Assembly (NCBI GenBank): GCA_038523235.1
Contig: JBCBJQ010000083.1
Location: 1 to 26,611 of the forward strand
Reading direction: 5' to 3'
DNA: 26,611 bases
DNA from: Cyanobacteria bacterium J06626_4
Lineage (GTDB): Bacteria; Cyanobacteriota; Cyanobacteriia; Phormidesmidales; Phormidesmidaceae
In this document: positions 1 through 8,435 of the stretch, one piece after another
Position numbering within the stretch: position 1 is the stretch's first letter
Layout of the letters: each line of letters begins with the position of its first letter
Made by a program: the position numbers and the translations under genes
Notes under the pieces: model-generated
Told to the model about the DNA's origin: nothing
The model's input: the letters and a program-made list of their open reading frames with translations, nothing else
The model's database searches: none

Positions 1-2
1 AG

Positions 3-269
3 AGCAAGGCTAAGGAGATGATCACGCATTTGAGTTCTCTGGCGGAATCTCGGGTGATCCTAAGTTTTGCTCCCAAAACGCCTGTCTATACTGTTCTGAA
101 AAAGATTGGCAGCTTTTTCCCCGGGCCAAGTAAAGCCACCCGCGCTTATCTCCATGCAGAAAAAGATGTGGTGAGCATTCTAGAGTCGCTAGGCTGGAAG
201 ATTGAGCGTAAGGAAATGAACAAAACCCAATTTTACTTCTCGCGTCTGATTGAAGCGGTGCGTTCATAG
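3..269 (+). CDS. chlM: Mg-protoporphyrin IX O-methyltransferase, C-terminal part (5' end outside window)
   Basis: The frame is open from position 3 (SKAKEMITHL...). The motif SRVILSFAPKT...KKIGSFFPGPSKATRAYLH...FYFSRLIEA matches the ChlM/BchM C-terminal domain. ATG 18 is internal. Confidence 0.92.
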   Translation, partial: SKAKEMITHLSSLAESRVILSFAPKTPVYTVLKKIGSFFPGPSKATRAYLHAEKDVVSILESLGWKIERKEMNKTQFYFSRLIEAVRS

Positions 270-327
270 CCCTATTTGGCTATCTTCCAGTCAAAATTCG
301 AGTCTGTTTCAAGATCTGTTTGTACGC

Positions 328-356
328 TTTAACCGCAAAGGGGAGCGCTATACAAT
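328..356 (+). promoter_or_regulatory. Putative sigma70-type promoter of the DUF4241 gene
   Basis: TTTAAC (328-333), 17-nt spacer, TACAAT (351-356), about 30 nt upstream of ATG 386. Confidence 0.45.
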
Positions 357-385
357 CTGTACGGACTGATTGGGTAGCGTAAAAC

Positions 386-1246
386 ATGTCCAAAATACCT
401 GGCGAGCCCAACGTCCGTGATGCTGATGGCAATCTCCGCACTGACTTTGAGAAAGCATTTCAAGACGGCTATCAGTTTCAGTACGACGTTTCTCGTAACA
501 GACTGCAGACGGTCGAATTCGTCACCCACTTCATCGGCGAGTTGGTCATGCCGTCAAGCCAACTTGTGGCATGCGATCCGGGTATAGATGAGTATTTTGA
601 GTTTGCTTTCGAACAAAGTTTGAAACCAGGACGTCATCCTGTATTCCTTAGCCTGGCAGGCTTCAAGCCTAGAACAGACAGCGCGCAGTCCGAAAGCCTT
701 CCTACAACAATAAGTTGGCTGAGAAGTTTGTTGGGCATCAAGTCAAGACAGGAAAGCAAACCTGCTTATAGAAGAATCGCCTGTGCCATGCTGCGAGTGA
801 GTCAACAAACACCGGTTCGATGGGAGGTAGCGATTCTGAATCCAGCATGGTCTGCTGAGTATCAAAACTATGGTGTCGATTCTGGTACGGGCTGCTTTAT
901 GGATGCGGATGTTGGTCGTGTTCTTAAGCGACTGGGAGAAACTGAGGCTGGAGAGTCTATCGACGACGCCCTCGATAGATTTGAGAACGAGTACTGGCAG
1001 CCATTCATGGGCGCGATGTGGAAGAATCAAGCTGCCGCTATCAGCGATGAATATCCCTACGATGACAAGGGTTGTTGGGCACACTTTTGCGTGGATGAAA
1101 ACACCGGAGCTAATGTGATTGCCTTTAGGTCTGGTTGGGGTGACGGCGGTTATGCCTCTTATTGGGGCTACGACGCTGACGATAATATTGCCTGCATCGT
1201 CACTGACTTTGCCCTATTTGGCGCAGATGAGGACGACCCATTTTAG
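386..1246 (+). CDS. DUF4241 domain-containing protein
   Basis: 286-aa ORF with the characteristic motifs LVACDP, PGRHPV, YGVDSGTGCFMD and SGWGDGGYASYWGYDADDNIACIVTDF. Confidence 0.85.
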   Translation: MSKIPGEPNVRDADGNLRTDFEKAFQDGYQFQYDVSRNRLQTVEFVTHFIGELVMPSSQLVACDPGIDEYFEFAFEQSLKPGRHPVFLSLAGFKPRTDSAQSESLPTTISWLRSLLGIKSRQESKPAYRRIACAMLRVSQQTPVRWEVAILNPAWSAEYQNYGVDSGTGCFMDADVGRVLKRLGETEAGESIDDALDRFENEYWQPFMGAMWKNQAAAISDEYPYDDKGCWAHFCVDENTGANVIAFRSGWGDGGYASYWGYDADDNIACIVTDFALFGADEDDPF

Positions 1247-1337
1247 ACCCATTCCCGGCTAAATAAGGGGTGTCTGACGGTCTCGTCAACGCCGCGTCAG
1301 GCATTCCTTTCATCAAACTTGACTAAAATCCAGGCAG

Positions 1338-2024
1338 TTACTCCGGTACCGCATCCCGCAAACGTACCCATTGCCGCAGCGCCAATTCTGCTTCCACTTC
1401 ATCTTGCCGCGCCGTCGCCAAAAACTCGTATAGCTTCGTTTTCGGTACCTGGGGGAAGGTCGGACTCACCTCCGCCGCCTTATATGCCTGCCCTTGCAGG
1501 GTATAGATACACCACAGCTCGCCATTATATCGCCAAAATTCTGGAACTTTCATGGCAGCATAGAGCGCTAATTTGTCGATATCCGTGTGGGTAATATCAA
1601 CTTCGACCACTAGGTCAGGCGGTGGATCGCGATCGAGGTCAACATCGCGGCCTGCTACCACTGCCTGATGCTGGATGTAATAGGCATTATCGGGTTCGGC
1701 AGATCTATCTAAGATTTCTCTGCTTAATGTTGTCGAGCCCATTGTTTTGATCTTTAGGCCAAACTCCACCACTAATATCCAAATGAACTTCTCAATGAGG
1801 CGGGCTGAGAATTCATGAATCTCAAGCGGCATAGTGACTTCTAGTATTCCTTGCAGATAGGTAAAGCGCAGGCTGCGATTTTCTCTTGAGCCAGCTTCGC
1901 TGTCGCGACTCAGCGTCATTCGCAACGTTTGGTAACGGTGCCAGTCGAGGGAGTAAAACACTATGCGCTTTTCCCCTACCGGTTGAGGAACAGGCTGTGA
2001 AACGATGGGGGCGACGCTAACCAT
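1338..2024 (-). CDS. Uma2 family (DUF820) PD-(D/E)xK endonuclease-like protein
   Basis: Motifs RFTY..G.LE..MP...HE, MGSTT, EPDNAYYI, PPPDLVVEVD and KLALYAAMKVPEFWRY. ATG 2024 is preferred over the upstream TTG at 2042. Confidence 0.92.
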   Translation of the reverse strand: MVSVAPIVSQPVPQPVGEKRIVFYSLDWHRYQTLRMTLSRDSEAGSRENRSLRFTYLQGILEVTMPLEIHEFSARLIEKFIWILVVEFGLKIKTMGSTTLSREILDRSAEPDNAYYIQHQAVVAGRDVDLDRDPPPDLVVEVDITHTDIDKLALYAAMKVPEFWRYNGELWCIYTLQGQAYKAAEVSPTFPQVPKTKLYEFLATARQDEVEAELALRQWVRLRDAVPE

Positions 2025-2184
2025 AACAACCCTGGGAGACAAAAGTGCAAATGGTCAATGACCCTATCCTAAACTTGAACAGCATCATGCTGGGTGAAAG
2101 CGAGGTCCTCGCCACTCCAGTTAGGGGCTGCAACTGTTGCTGTACTGATATTGAGCTGTTGATTGATAACGGTGACTGATGGCT

Positions 2185-2205
2185 GGTAGGCAATGCCTAC
2201 CCTAC
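2185..2205 (-). repeat. GTAG-family REP-like palindrome
   Basis: The minus strand reads GTAG-GGTAGGCA-T-TGCCTACC, a GTAG tetranucleotide followed by an 8-bp palindrome. It is intergenic. Confidence 0.65.
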
Positions 2206-2258
2206 GGTATGTTCGGAGCTTTAGGCATGTTGCGTATCGTTTAGCGATCGCTCCACAC

Positions 2259-2297
2259 AAAAATCCCCTCTCTAAAGATGTGTTAGAGAAGGGACTT
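2259..2297 (-). terminator. Rho-independent terminator of typA
   Basis: Minus strand GTCCCTTCTCTAA-CACATCT-TTAGAGAGGGGAT followed by TTTT, about 30 nt after the typA stop. Confidence 0.8.
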
Positions 2298-2326
2298 GGT
2301 CTCAAGAGTTGCTGACGAGCGAAGCC

Positions 2327-4117
2327 TTAACGACGCGCGAGTTTCTTAGAAATTTTCCGCAAGCGGATGGATTCTGGCGTCACTTCTACCATTTCGTCTG
2401 AGCTGATGTATTCCAACGCGCGCTCTAGACTCATGTCCATCGGCGTCTGCAGCTGCACCAATTCGTCGCCAGAGGCGGCGCGATGGTTCGTTAGCTGCTT
2501 GGCCTTACAAACATTCAGCTCGAGATCTTGGGGACGGTTATTTTCGCCAATAACCATGCCTTTGTAGACCTTGGTGCCCGGCGTGATGAAGAACACACCG
2601 CGATCTTCGGCGTTTTTGAGGGCGTAGAAGGTGGCTGTGCCTTCCTCAAACGCAATCAAGACGCCGTTGCGGCGGGTGTCGACGTCGCCACTCATGGGTC
2701 GATATTCTAAGAAGCTGTGGTTCATCAGGCCTTCGCCGCGCGAGAGGCGCATGAATTCGCCGCGGAAACCAATCAGCCCCCGCGCCGGTACGACAAACTC
2801 CAACGTTGAACGACCATTGCCAGTGACGCGCATGTCCTGCATTTCGCCGCGACGCTGGCCGAGCCGTTCCATACAGCCGCCAACGGCATCTTCAGGGACG
2901 TCGAGCACTAGCAGCTCATAGGGCTCACAGGGACGACCGCTGATTTCGCGGAAAATCACCTGTGGCTGCGAGACCTGAAACTCGTAGCCTTCACGGCGCA
3001 TGTTTTCGATCAAGATACCGAGGTGCAGTTCCCCCCGCCCCGAGACTGAGAAGCGATCAGGCGAGTCGGTTTCTTCAACTCGCAGGGCCACGTTGGTCTC
3101 GAGCTCGCGCATCAGGCGATCGCGCAGCTGACGAGAGGTGACAAACTTGCCTTCTTTACCCGCAAAGGGGGAGTCGTTGACCGCAAAGGTCATCCCCAAG
3201 GTCGGCTCATCCACGCTGATCAGCGGCAGGGCTTCCGGTTCGTTGGCGCAGGCAATCGTTTCGCCAATGTTGGCATCTGAGAAACCGGCGATCGCCACAA
3301 TCTGTCCAGCACTAGCCTGCTCGATCTCAATCCGCTGGAGGCCCTCAAAGCCCAGCAGTTTGCTGATTTTAGACTTGATGTGCTTGCCCTCGCGATCGAT
3401 CAAAATCGCTTGCTGACCCATCGCCACCGTGCCGTTGTGAATCTTGCCGATCACAATCCGGCCCAGATATTCTGAGTAGTCTAAGGTCGTTACCTGCATC
3501 TGGAAAGGTTTAGCGGGATCGCCAATGGGCGGCGGCACATGGTCGAGAATCGCCTCAAACAGCGGCTGCATGTCTTTGTCTTCGTCCTCAAGCTCTTTCT
3601 TGGCAAACTCGCTCAAGCCAGACGCATAGAGGTAAGGAAACTCGCACTGATCGTCATCGGCGCCGAGCTCAATAAACAGATCCAGGACTTTATTGGTGGC
3701 ATTGTGGGGATCGGCCTGTGGGCGATCGATTTTGTTGAGCACGACGATAGGACGCAGACCCTTTTCGAGCGCTTTTTTCAGCACAAAGCGGGTCTGGGGC
3801 ATGGGGCCTTCGTTGGCATCTACAATCAGAATACAGCCGTCGACCATCCCCAAGACGCGCTCAACCTCGCCGCCAAAGTCGGCGTGGCCAGGAGTGTCAA
3901 CAATATTAATCAGCGTATCTTTGTAGCGAACGGCGGTATTTTTGGAGAGGATCGTAATCCCCCGCTCGCGCTCAATGTCATTAGAATCCAGCACACAGTC
4001 GGGTACGTCTTCCCCTTCACGGAAAATGCCGGACTGTTTGAGTAGAGCGTCTACCAGCGTGGTTTTACCGTGGTCAACGTGGGCAATGATAGCAACGTTG
4101 CGAATGGGAAGAGTCAT
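2327..4117 (-). CDS. typA: Translational GTPase TypA/BipA
   Basis: [59 protein letters not shown] and the C-terminal [11 protein letters not shown]; 596 aa. Confidence 0.98.
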   Translation of the reverse strand: MTLPIRNVAIIAHVDHGKTTLVDALLKQSGIFREGEDVPDCVLDSNDIERERGITILSKNTAVRYKDTLINIVDTPGHADFGGEVERVLGMVDGCILIVDANEGPMPQTRFVLKKALEKGLRPIVVLNKIDRPQADPHNATNKVLDLFIELGADDDQCEFPYLYASGLSEFAKKELEDEDKDMQPLFEAILDHVPPPIGDPAKPFQMQVTTLDYSEYLGRIVIGKIHNGTVAMGQQAILIDREGKHIKSKISKLLGFEGLQRIEIEQASAGQIVAIAGFSDANIGETIACANEPEALPLISVDEPTLGMTFAVNDSPFAGKEGKFVTSRQLRDRLMRELETNVALRVEETDSPDRFSVSGRGELHLGILIENMRREGYEFQVSQPQVIFREISGRPCEPYELLVLDVPEDAVGGCMERLGQRRGEMQDMRVTGNGRSTLEFVVPARGLIGFRGEFMRLSRGEGLMNHSFLEYRPMSGDVDTRRNGVLIAFEEGTATFYALKNAEDRGVFFITPGTKVYKGMVIGENNRPQDLELNVCKAKQLTNHRAASGDELVQLQTPMDMSLERALEYISSDEMVEVTPESIRLRKISKKLARR

Positions 4118-4186
4118 GATTTCTTAGAAATCCTGTGGTGTTGGGAAGGTGCGATCGCTAAATAGGGATATGCCCCGATAATCGCC

Positions 4187-4204
4187 AATCTTAACAATTG
4201 TAAC
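4187..4204 (-). promoter_or_regulatory. HLR1-like (RpaB) direct repeat upstream of typA
   Basis: Minus strand GTTACAAT-TG-TTAAGATT compared with the consensus (G/T)TTACA(T/A)(T/A)-N2-(G/T)TTACA(T/A)(T/A). Confidence 0.4.
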
Positions 4205-4380
4205 GTATGCATCCATCCCTGTGAGGGTTGGTGTTTTACAGCGTCGGAAGAAAAATACCAGGTGTGATGACATGGTGAAAGGGGCCTGGAAAGGGCCGGA
4301 GTTGTTGCGATCATCCTATCCGGCCCCGCCAGGGCAAAGACCGATGACGCGTAAGATAAGAAGGTCGATCAGCTGCTGGT

Positions 4381-4905
4381 ATGACCTCAATGCCCCTTTC
4401 TGCAAAATCTGCTGCCGGGCTCGGCACTGTAGGTTGGCGCGAGTGGGTGCGCTTGCCACAGCTGCAGGTTGATCGAGTCAAGGTCAAGGTTGATACGGGC
4501 GCGACGACCTCTGCTCTCCACGCCTCTGATATTGAGTATTTCAATGACCGCGAGCACCTGATGGTGAAGTTTAAGATTCATCCTCTCCAGCGGGATGACA
4601 GTCTGATTGTTCAGGCAGCTGCCCCAGTCTTCGAAAAGCGCTCCGTGCGTAATTCTGGTGGACAAGCGCAAGAGCGTCCGGTGATTCGCACCCCGATTTT
4701 CTGTGGTCAGCAACAGTGGGAGATTGAACTCACCCTGACGAATCGCGACCTTATGGGCTTTCGCATGTTGTTGGGCCGCGAAGCAATCCGGCATCGGTTT
4801 CTGGTAGATCCCGCCGGTTCCTATTTGATGGGTACGCTGAGCCGCTCAGCCCCAGATCTTGATGAGCCCCCTCTCGATGCACTGGATGAGCCTAACGCCC
4901 GATGA
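4381..4905 (+). CDS. RimB-like retropepsin-fold peptidase ('putative ATP-dependent zinc protease' family), RimK-associated
   Basis: [22 protein letters not shown] (DTG aspartic-protease motif), RPVI and ELTLTNR..M.FRMLLGR.A....FLVDP. The stop overlaps the rimK start (ATGA). Confidence 0.9.
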   Translation: MTSMPLSAKSAAGLGTVGWREWVRLPQLQVDRVKVKVDTGATTSALHASDIEYFNDREHLMVKFKIHPLQRDDSLIVQAAAPVFEKRSVRNSGGQAQERPVIRTPIFCGQQQWEIELTLTNRDLMGFRMLLGREAIRHRFLVDPAGSYLMGTLSRSAPDLDEPPLDALDEPNAR

Positions 4906-5807
4906 AAATCATGATTCTGTCGCGTGATAGCACACTGTATTCCACTCGCCGATTGAAGGAAGCCGGTGAAGCGCAGGGCCACGAGATGCACGTCATTGAC
5001 CATATGCGGTGCTATATGGATATCACTTCTCACTATCCGAAGGTGCTGTATCAGGGCACTCCGATCACTGCCGACGCGATTATTCCGCGTATTGGCGCTT
5101 CTCATACTTTTTATGGCACGGCAGTAGTGCGGCAGTTTGAAATCATGGGGGTGTTTACGCCGAATCCTTCCCAGGCAATTTCGCGATCGCGCGACAAATT
5201 AAATAGTCTGCAGTTACTGGCGCGGCGCGGCATTGGCTTACCCGTAACGGGATTCGCCCATTCCACTCAAGATATTGATGGTCTGATTGAGCTGGTGGGC
5301 GGCGCACCGCTGGTGATCAAGCTGTTAGAAGGCACTCAGGGCATCGGTGTCGTCTTAGCCGAAACCTATCAGGCTGCGAAGTCAGTGATCGAAGCCTTTC
5401 GCGGTTTGGATGCCAACATTTTGGTGCAGGAATACATCAAAGAAGCCCAAGGCGCTGATTTGCGCTGCTTCGTGCTGGGGGACAAAGTGATTGCCGCGAT
5501 GAAGCGTCAGGGCGCACCGGGCGAATTTCGCTCCAATCTGCATCGCGGGGGCTCGGCTGCCAAAATCAAACTCACGCCGGAGGAGCGCCGCACCGCAGTG
5601 CGGGCCGCCAAAGCGATGGGACTGCGGGTGGCCGGAGTCGATCTCCTGCGCTCTAACCATGGCCCCGTCGTCATGGAAGTGAATTCATCCCCCGGCCTTG
5701 AAGGCATTGAGAAATATACCGAACTCGACGTCGCGGGCAAAATCATTACTTACATTGACAAGCACTCTGCCACCAATCGCGATCGCCCCAGTGCCGAGGT
5801 GCCCTAG
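4902..5807 (+). CDS. rimK: RimK ATP-grasp alpha-L-glutamate ligase (ribosomal protein S6 modification)
   Basis: MKIMILSR...[51 protein letters not shown] and [12 protein letters not shown]; 301 aa. Confidence 0.96.
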   Translation: MKIMILSRDSTLYSTRRLKEAGEAQGHEMHVIDHMRCYMDITSHYPKVLYQGTPITADAIIPRIGASHTFYGTAVVRQFEIMGVFTPNPSQAISRSRDKLNSLQLLARRGIGLPVTGFAHSTQDIDGLIELVGGAPLVIKLLEGTQGIGVVLAETYQAAKSVIEAFRGLDANILVQEYIKEAQGADLRCFVLGDKVIAAMKRQGAPGEFRSNLHRGGSAAKIKLTPEERRTAVRAAKAMGLRVAGVDLLRSNHGPVVMEVNSSPGLEGIEKYTELDVAGKIITYIDKHSATNRDRPSAEVP

Positions 5808-5944
5808 CGGTGGCCCGAGTGATAACGCTCTCTACAGCGATGACGGTTAATTGCGGCCCCATTGACAAACGTTCCACTTTTAAAGAAAGTCGCTATCCTG
5901 GTACGCGTAAAGTGGGGAGTTTGCCCGCCGGGCAATGAATAACT

Positions 5945-6724
5945 ATGAACATTACCGCTCTACGCCAACGACCTCAATGGATCGTGATTGGCACTGTGAT
6001 GGCCGCTGCTGTCGTCGGAGGCACGCTTAGAGTCATCTCAGCCTTAGACACTGCGCCCCCCGTCGCCGAATCAGCGCCAGCGGCAACGGTCGAGACGGAA
6101 GCCGCTGCTGAAGCGCCCGAACTCTTCAATTCACCGATGGTTTCGCTCTCCGCAGAACTCCGCAAAGCCGCCACCCCGAGTGAGCTAGTGCCGTCAACAC
6201 CCACCGAAGATCGGTTGTCGGGTGTCACGTCAGGGCGCCTCGATCCCTTTGCGCCGATCACCCAGAGTATTGGAGCAACCAGTTCGCCCAAATCTGAAGA
6301 CGCTGCTCCGGCGGTTAGTGGAGCACCGCCAGTGGCCCCTTCATTACCCACGACGGCGATTTCTGCTGCCCCAGATTTGCCGCCATTGCCGTCTGTTAAT
6401 ACGGCCCCACCCCCTCAGCTCCCCTTGCCGGCGATTCCCGTCGCTGCTAATCCGCTGTCGATTCCGGCGTTGCCCAGTTTTCCGCAAGCGGCACCGGTGC
6501 CGCAAAGCCCGATTGACGCGGTGGAACTGAGTGGTGTGGTGCAAGTGGGCGATCGCATTGGTGTCATTGTGCGAGAAGGCAACGGTCAGTCTAGTCGTCA
6601 CATTTTTGAAGGTGACCTATTAGGGGGGGGGCAGATTCGCGTCAAGGCTATTGATCTGTCGTCACCAGAACCCCTAATCATTCTGGAATATCAAGGCCAG
6701 GAATATACCCGGATGGTGGGATGA
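5945..6724 (+). CDS. Membrane-anchored Pro/Ala-rich protein with a C-terminal PilP/GspC-HR-like beta domain
   Basis: N-terminal hydrophobic helix, GRLDPFAP motif, long Pro-rich linker, and C-terminal VELSGVVQVG...IV......SRHI.EGD.L..G.IRVK.I......IILE. The ORF is solid; the function is inferred. Confidence 0.7.
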   Translation: MNITALRQRPQWIVIGTVMAAAVVGGTLRVISALDTAPPVAESAPAATVETEAAAEAPELFNSPMVSLSAELRKAATPSELVPSTPTEDRLSGVTSGRLDPFAPITQSIGATSSPKSEDAAPAVSGAPPVAPSLPTTAISAAPDLPPLPSVNTAPPPQLPLPAIPVAANPLSIPALPSFPQAAPVPQSPIDAVELSGVVQVGDRIGVIVREGNGQSSRHIFEGDLLGGGQIRVKAIDLSSPEPLIILEYQGQEYTRMVG

Positions 6725-6839
6725 CCGGTTGCTGGCAGCGGTAAGTCTGGTTCTCTGCAGTCAATTTCAAAGAACTGTGGCAGCATAAAAAAGTGCTTCA
6801 GCGCTTTCACCGGTTATTGAACTTGCGTCTGCTCTGCTT

Positions 6840-7331
6840 ATGGCATCCCTTCCTGAGCGCCCTCTAAATTTGGATGATTCCTTTCCTTGTCCGGTTTGTC
6901 GACAGGGAAAAATCGAGGAGATCGTATTGACAGAAGCGTTCTCCTGCAGCTTTTGCCGTCATATTCTCGCGGCCAATCTTGATGCTCAACAAGTCAAAGT
7001 TGTCGATAGCAGTCAGCCGCTGCTGTGGGAGTGGACGGGGCAAAAGTGGCAGCTCGTCCGCGGAGAAAATGCGGGCGAATTATCGGTGTTAGTGCTGCTG
7101 ACGGCAGTGGTGTTGACCATCATTCCAGCCAGCCTGGTTTGGCTATCGGGCCTGATTTTTCCGCCCCTTGAGCAAACGTCGTCTCTGACGTTTTCCACCC
7201 TGTGGGCCCTGATTACCCTGGTCGCTCACTTAGGCTTTGTGCTGTGGCTCGTCGGCGAGTACTATCAACTCCCGTTTTACGTCGCGGCTAAGGTGCGGGT
7301 ATTGAGATTTCAGACCGCGCGACGCTCCTAG
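6840..7331 (+). CDS. Conserved hypothetical Zn-ribbon (CxxC...CxxC) membrane protein
   Basis: CPVC and CSFC pairs, a WEWTGQKW motif and two C-terminal hydrophobic helices. Confidence 0.85.
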   Translation: MASLPERPLNLDDSFPCPVCRQGKIEEIVLTEAFSCSFCRHILAANLDAQQVKVVDSSQPLLWEWTGQKWQLVRGENAGELSVLVLLTAVVLTIIPASLVWLSGLIFPPLEQTSSLTFSTLWALITLVAHLGFVLWLVGEYYQLPFYVAAKVRVLRFQTARRS

Positions 7332-7364
7332 GCAGGACTTCCCCGACGAGCCGATGTCAGTCAT

Positions 7365-7883
7365 TTAGGCTTCTTGCCAGCCAAAGTAACGACGGCAATC
7401 GTCTCTAAGCGCTGCCGCAGGCGCAGTGCGGCGGAGCTGTTTACGCATCTTGACGTGGGCGATGCCAGCTTCTGAAAACACATTGCCTTCTGGTTGAAAG
7501 CCGAGCTTTTCATAAAATGGGATAGCATGACACTGCGCTGACAAGACAACTTCAGAGTGATGGCCGCGCTTGGCTAACGTGACGAGTCGATGCATAACGC
7601 AGAGCCCGACTCCTTGACGGCGAAACGGGCGTAATACGGATACGCGTCCGATCTTGCCAGCAGCAGTTAAGCGCCCTGTGCCGATCGCTTCACCTTGGCA
7701 AAAAGCTAAAACATGCTGAGAAAGGGGATCGTCGTGATCAATCTCAAAGTCAGCGGGAATATTTTGCTCGTCTACAAATACAGCAGTTCTGATCGAATGA
7801 ATTAAGTGTTTTTGGGTGGTGTAATCAACCGCTTTTGTGGTGATTGATGGCCGAGTTTTGGACGGATGGAAAATGCTTACCAT
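7365..7883 (-). CDS. GNAT N-acetyltransferase, ElaA/YjcF-like
   Basis: IR..VFV.EQ.IP...E.D..D, GTGRL, KIGRVSVL...RRQGVG, LSAQ.HA..FYEKLGF and EAGI.H..M. Confidence 0.93.
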   Translation of the reverse strand: MVSIFHPSKTRPSITTKAVDYTTQKHLIHSIRTAVFVDEQNIPADFEIDHDDPLSQHVLAFCQGEAIGTGRLTAAGKIGRVSVLRPFRRQGVGLCVMHRLVTLAKRGHHSEVVLSAQCHAIPFYEKLGFQPEGNVFSEAGIAHVKMRKQLRRTAPAAALRDDCRRYFGWQEA

Positions 7884-8127
7884 AGGATGAGATTTTGGCT
7901 AGATGCAGGAAACACATTGACGAGATGTCTTGACAAATTGCGGCCATCGTCCGACCACTGCAACCAAAAGGTTCCAAGGTCTTTGAAGGCCAATAGACTC
8001 TCGGTGATATTAAAACATGGATGCTAAAGCTAGAAGCTCAATATGCTGGCTGACTCTAAAGAAATTTAGGCTTTATCACTTTGAACTGTGGCTCGCTCAC
8101 GTTCAAAGGAAGGCATCCTCAAAAGTA

Positions 8128-8143
8128 TGTGATTAAAAATACG
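8128..8143. promoter_or_regulatory. NtcA/CRP-family-like site
   Basis: TGTGATTAAAAATACG contains GTG-N8-TAC with an A/T-rich spacer. I found no TAN3T box at the canonical 22-23 nt distance. Confidence 0.35.
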
Positions 8144-8435
8144 TTTTTAAGTCCAGATTCTTTCTGGTTGTTAAGTCGATTATGTCAATAGAAGTTGAGA
8201 TACCACAACCGTTTATCTACAAAGGTATTCATACAGATAGATCTGCGTATATTCCTCAGATGGGTCTATTTTGATTGATTCAAAGCTATGGATACTAGTT
8301 TTTGAATTGATTAAAGACTATGTTTTCGCTATCCACACTGCTCTGGAACGGCTGATGGGTTGGTAGAGTTCCGACAACCTCCTACTATTGAGAATGCACT
8401 GGCATCCATAGTTCCAAAGAGTCGAACTTGACCGC

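Noticed and set aside
1338..2024. Uma2 nuclease plus DUF4241 as a defence or toxin-antitoxin system
   Set aside because: The genes are convergent, Uma2 paralogues are abundant stand-alone genes in cyanobacteria, and no methylase, ATPase or antitoxin is adjacent.
2069..2305. 78-aa minus-strand ORF between typA and Uma2
   Set aside because: It runs through the typA terminator and the REP-like palindrome and has no recognisable motif.
4330..4352. CAGGGCAAA...GACGC upstream of rimB/rimK resembles the 5' half of a c-di-GMP-I riboswitch
   Set aside because: Only 7 nt separate the motifs. The P2 stem with its GNRA loop and the P3 stem are absent.
6622..6632. G-run (TTAGGGGGGGGGCAG, ~6623-6632) in the PilP-like gene as a phase-variation tract
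   Set aside because: It is in frame and encodes GGG in a position where glycines fit the predicted beta-turn. Nothing here shows length variation, though read-level data could reopen the question.
8065..8120. Minus-strand GATG...TGATAAAGCCTA resembles a fluoride riboswitch
   Set aside because: The pseudoknot-forming segments are not complementary and no crcB-type gene is downstream.
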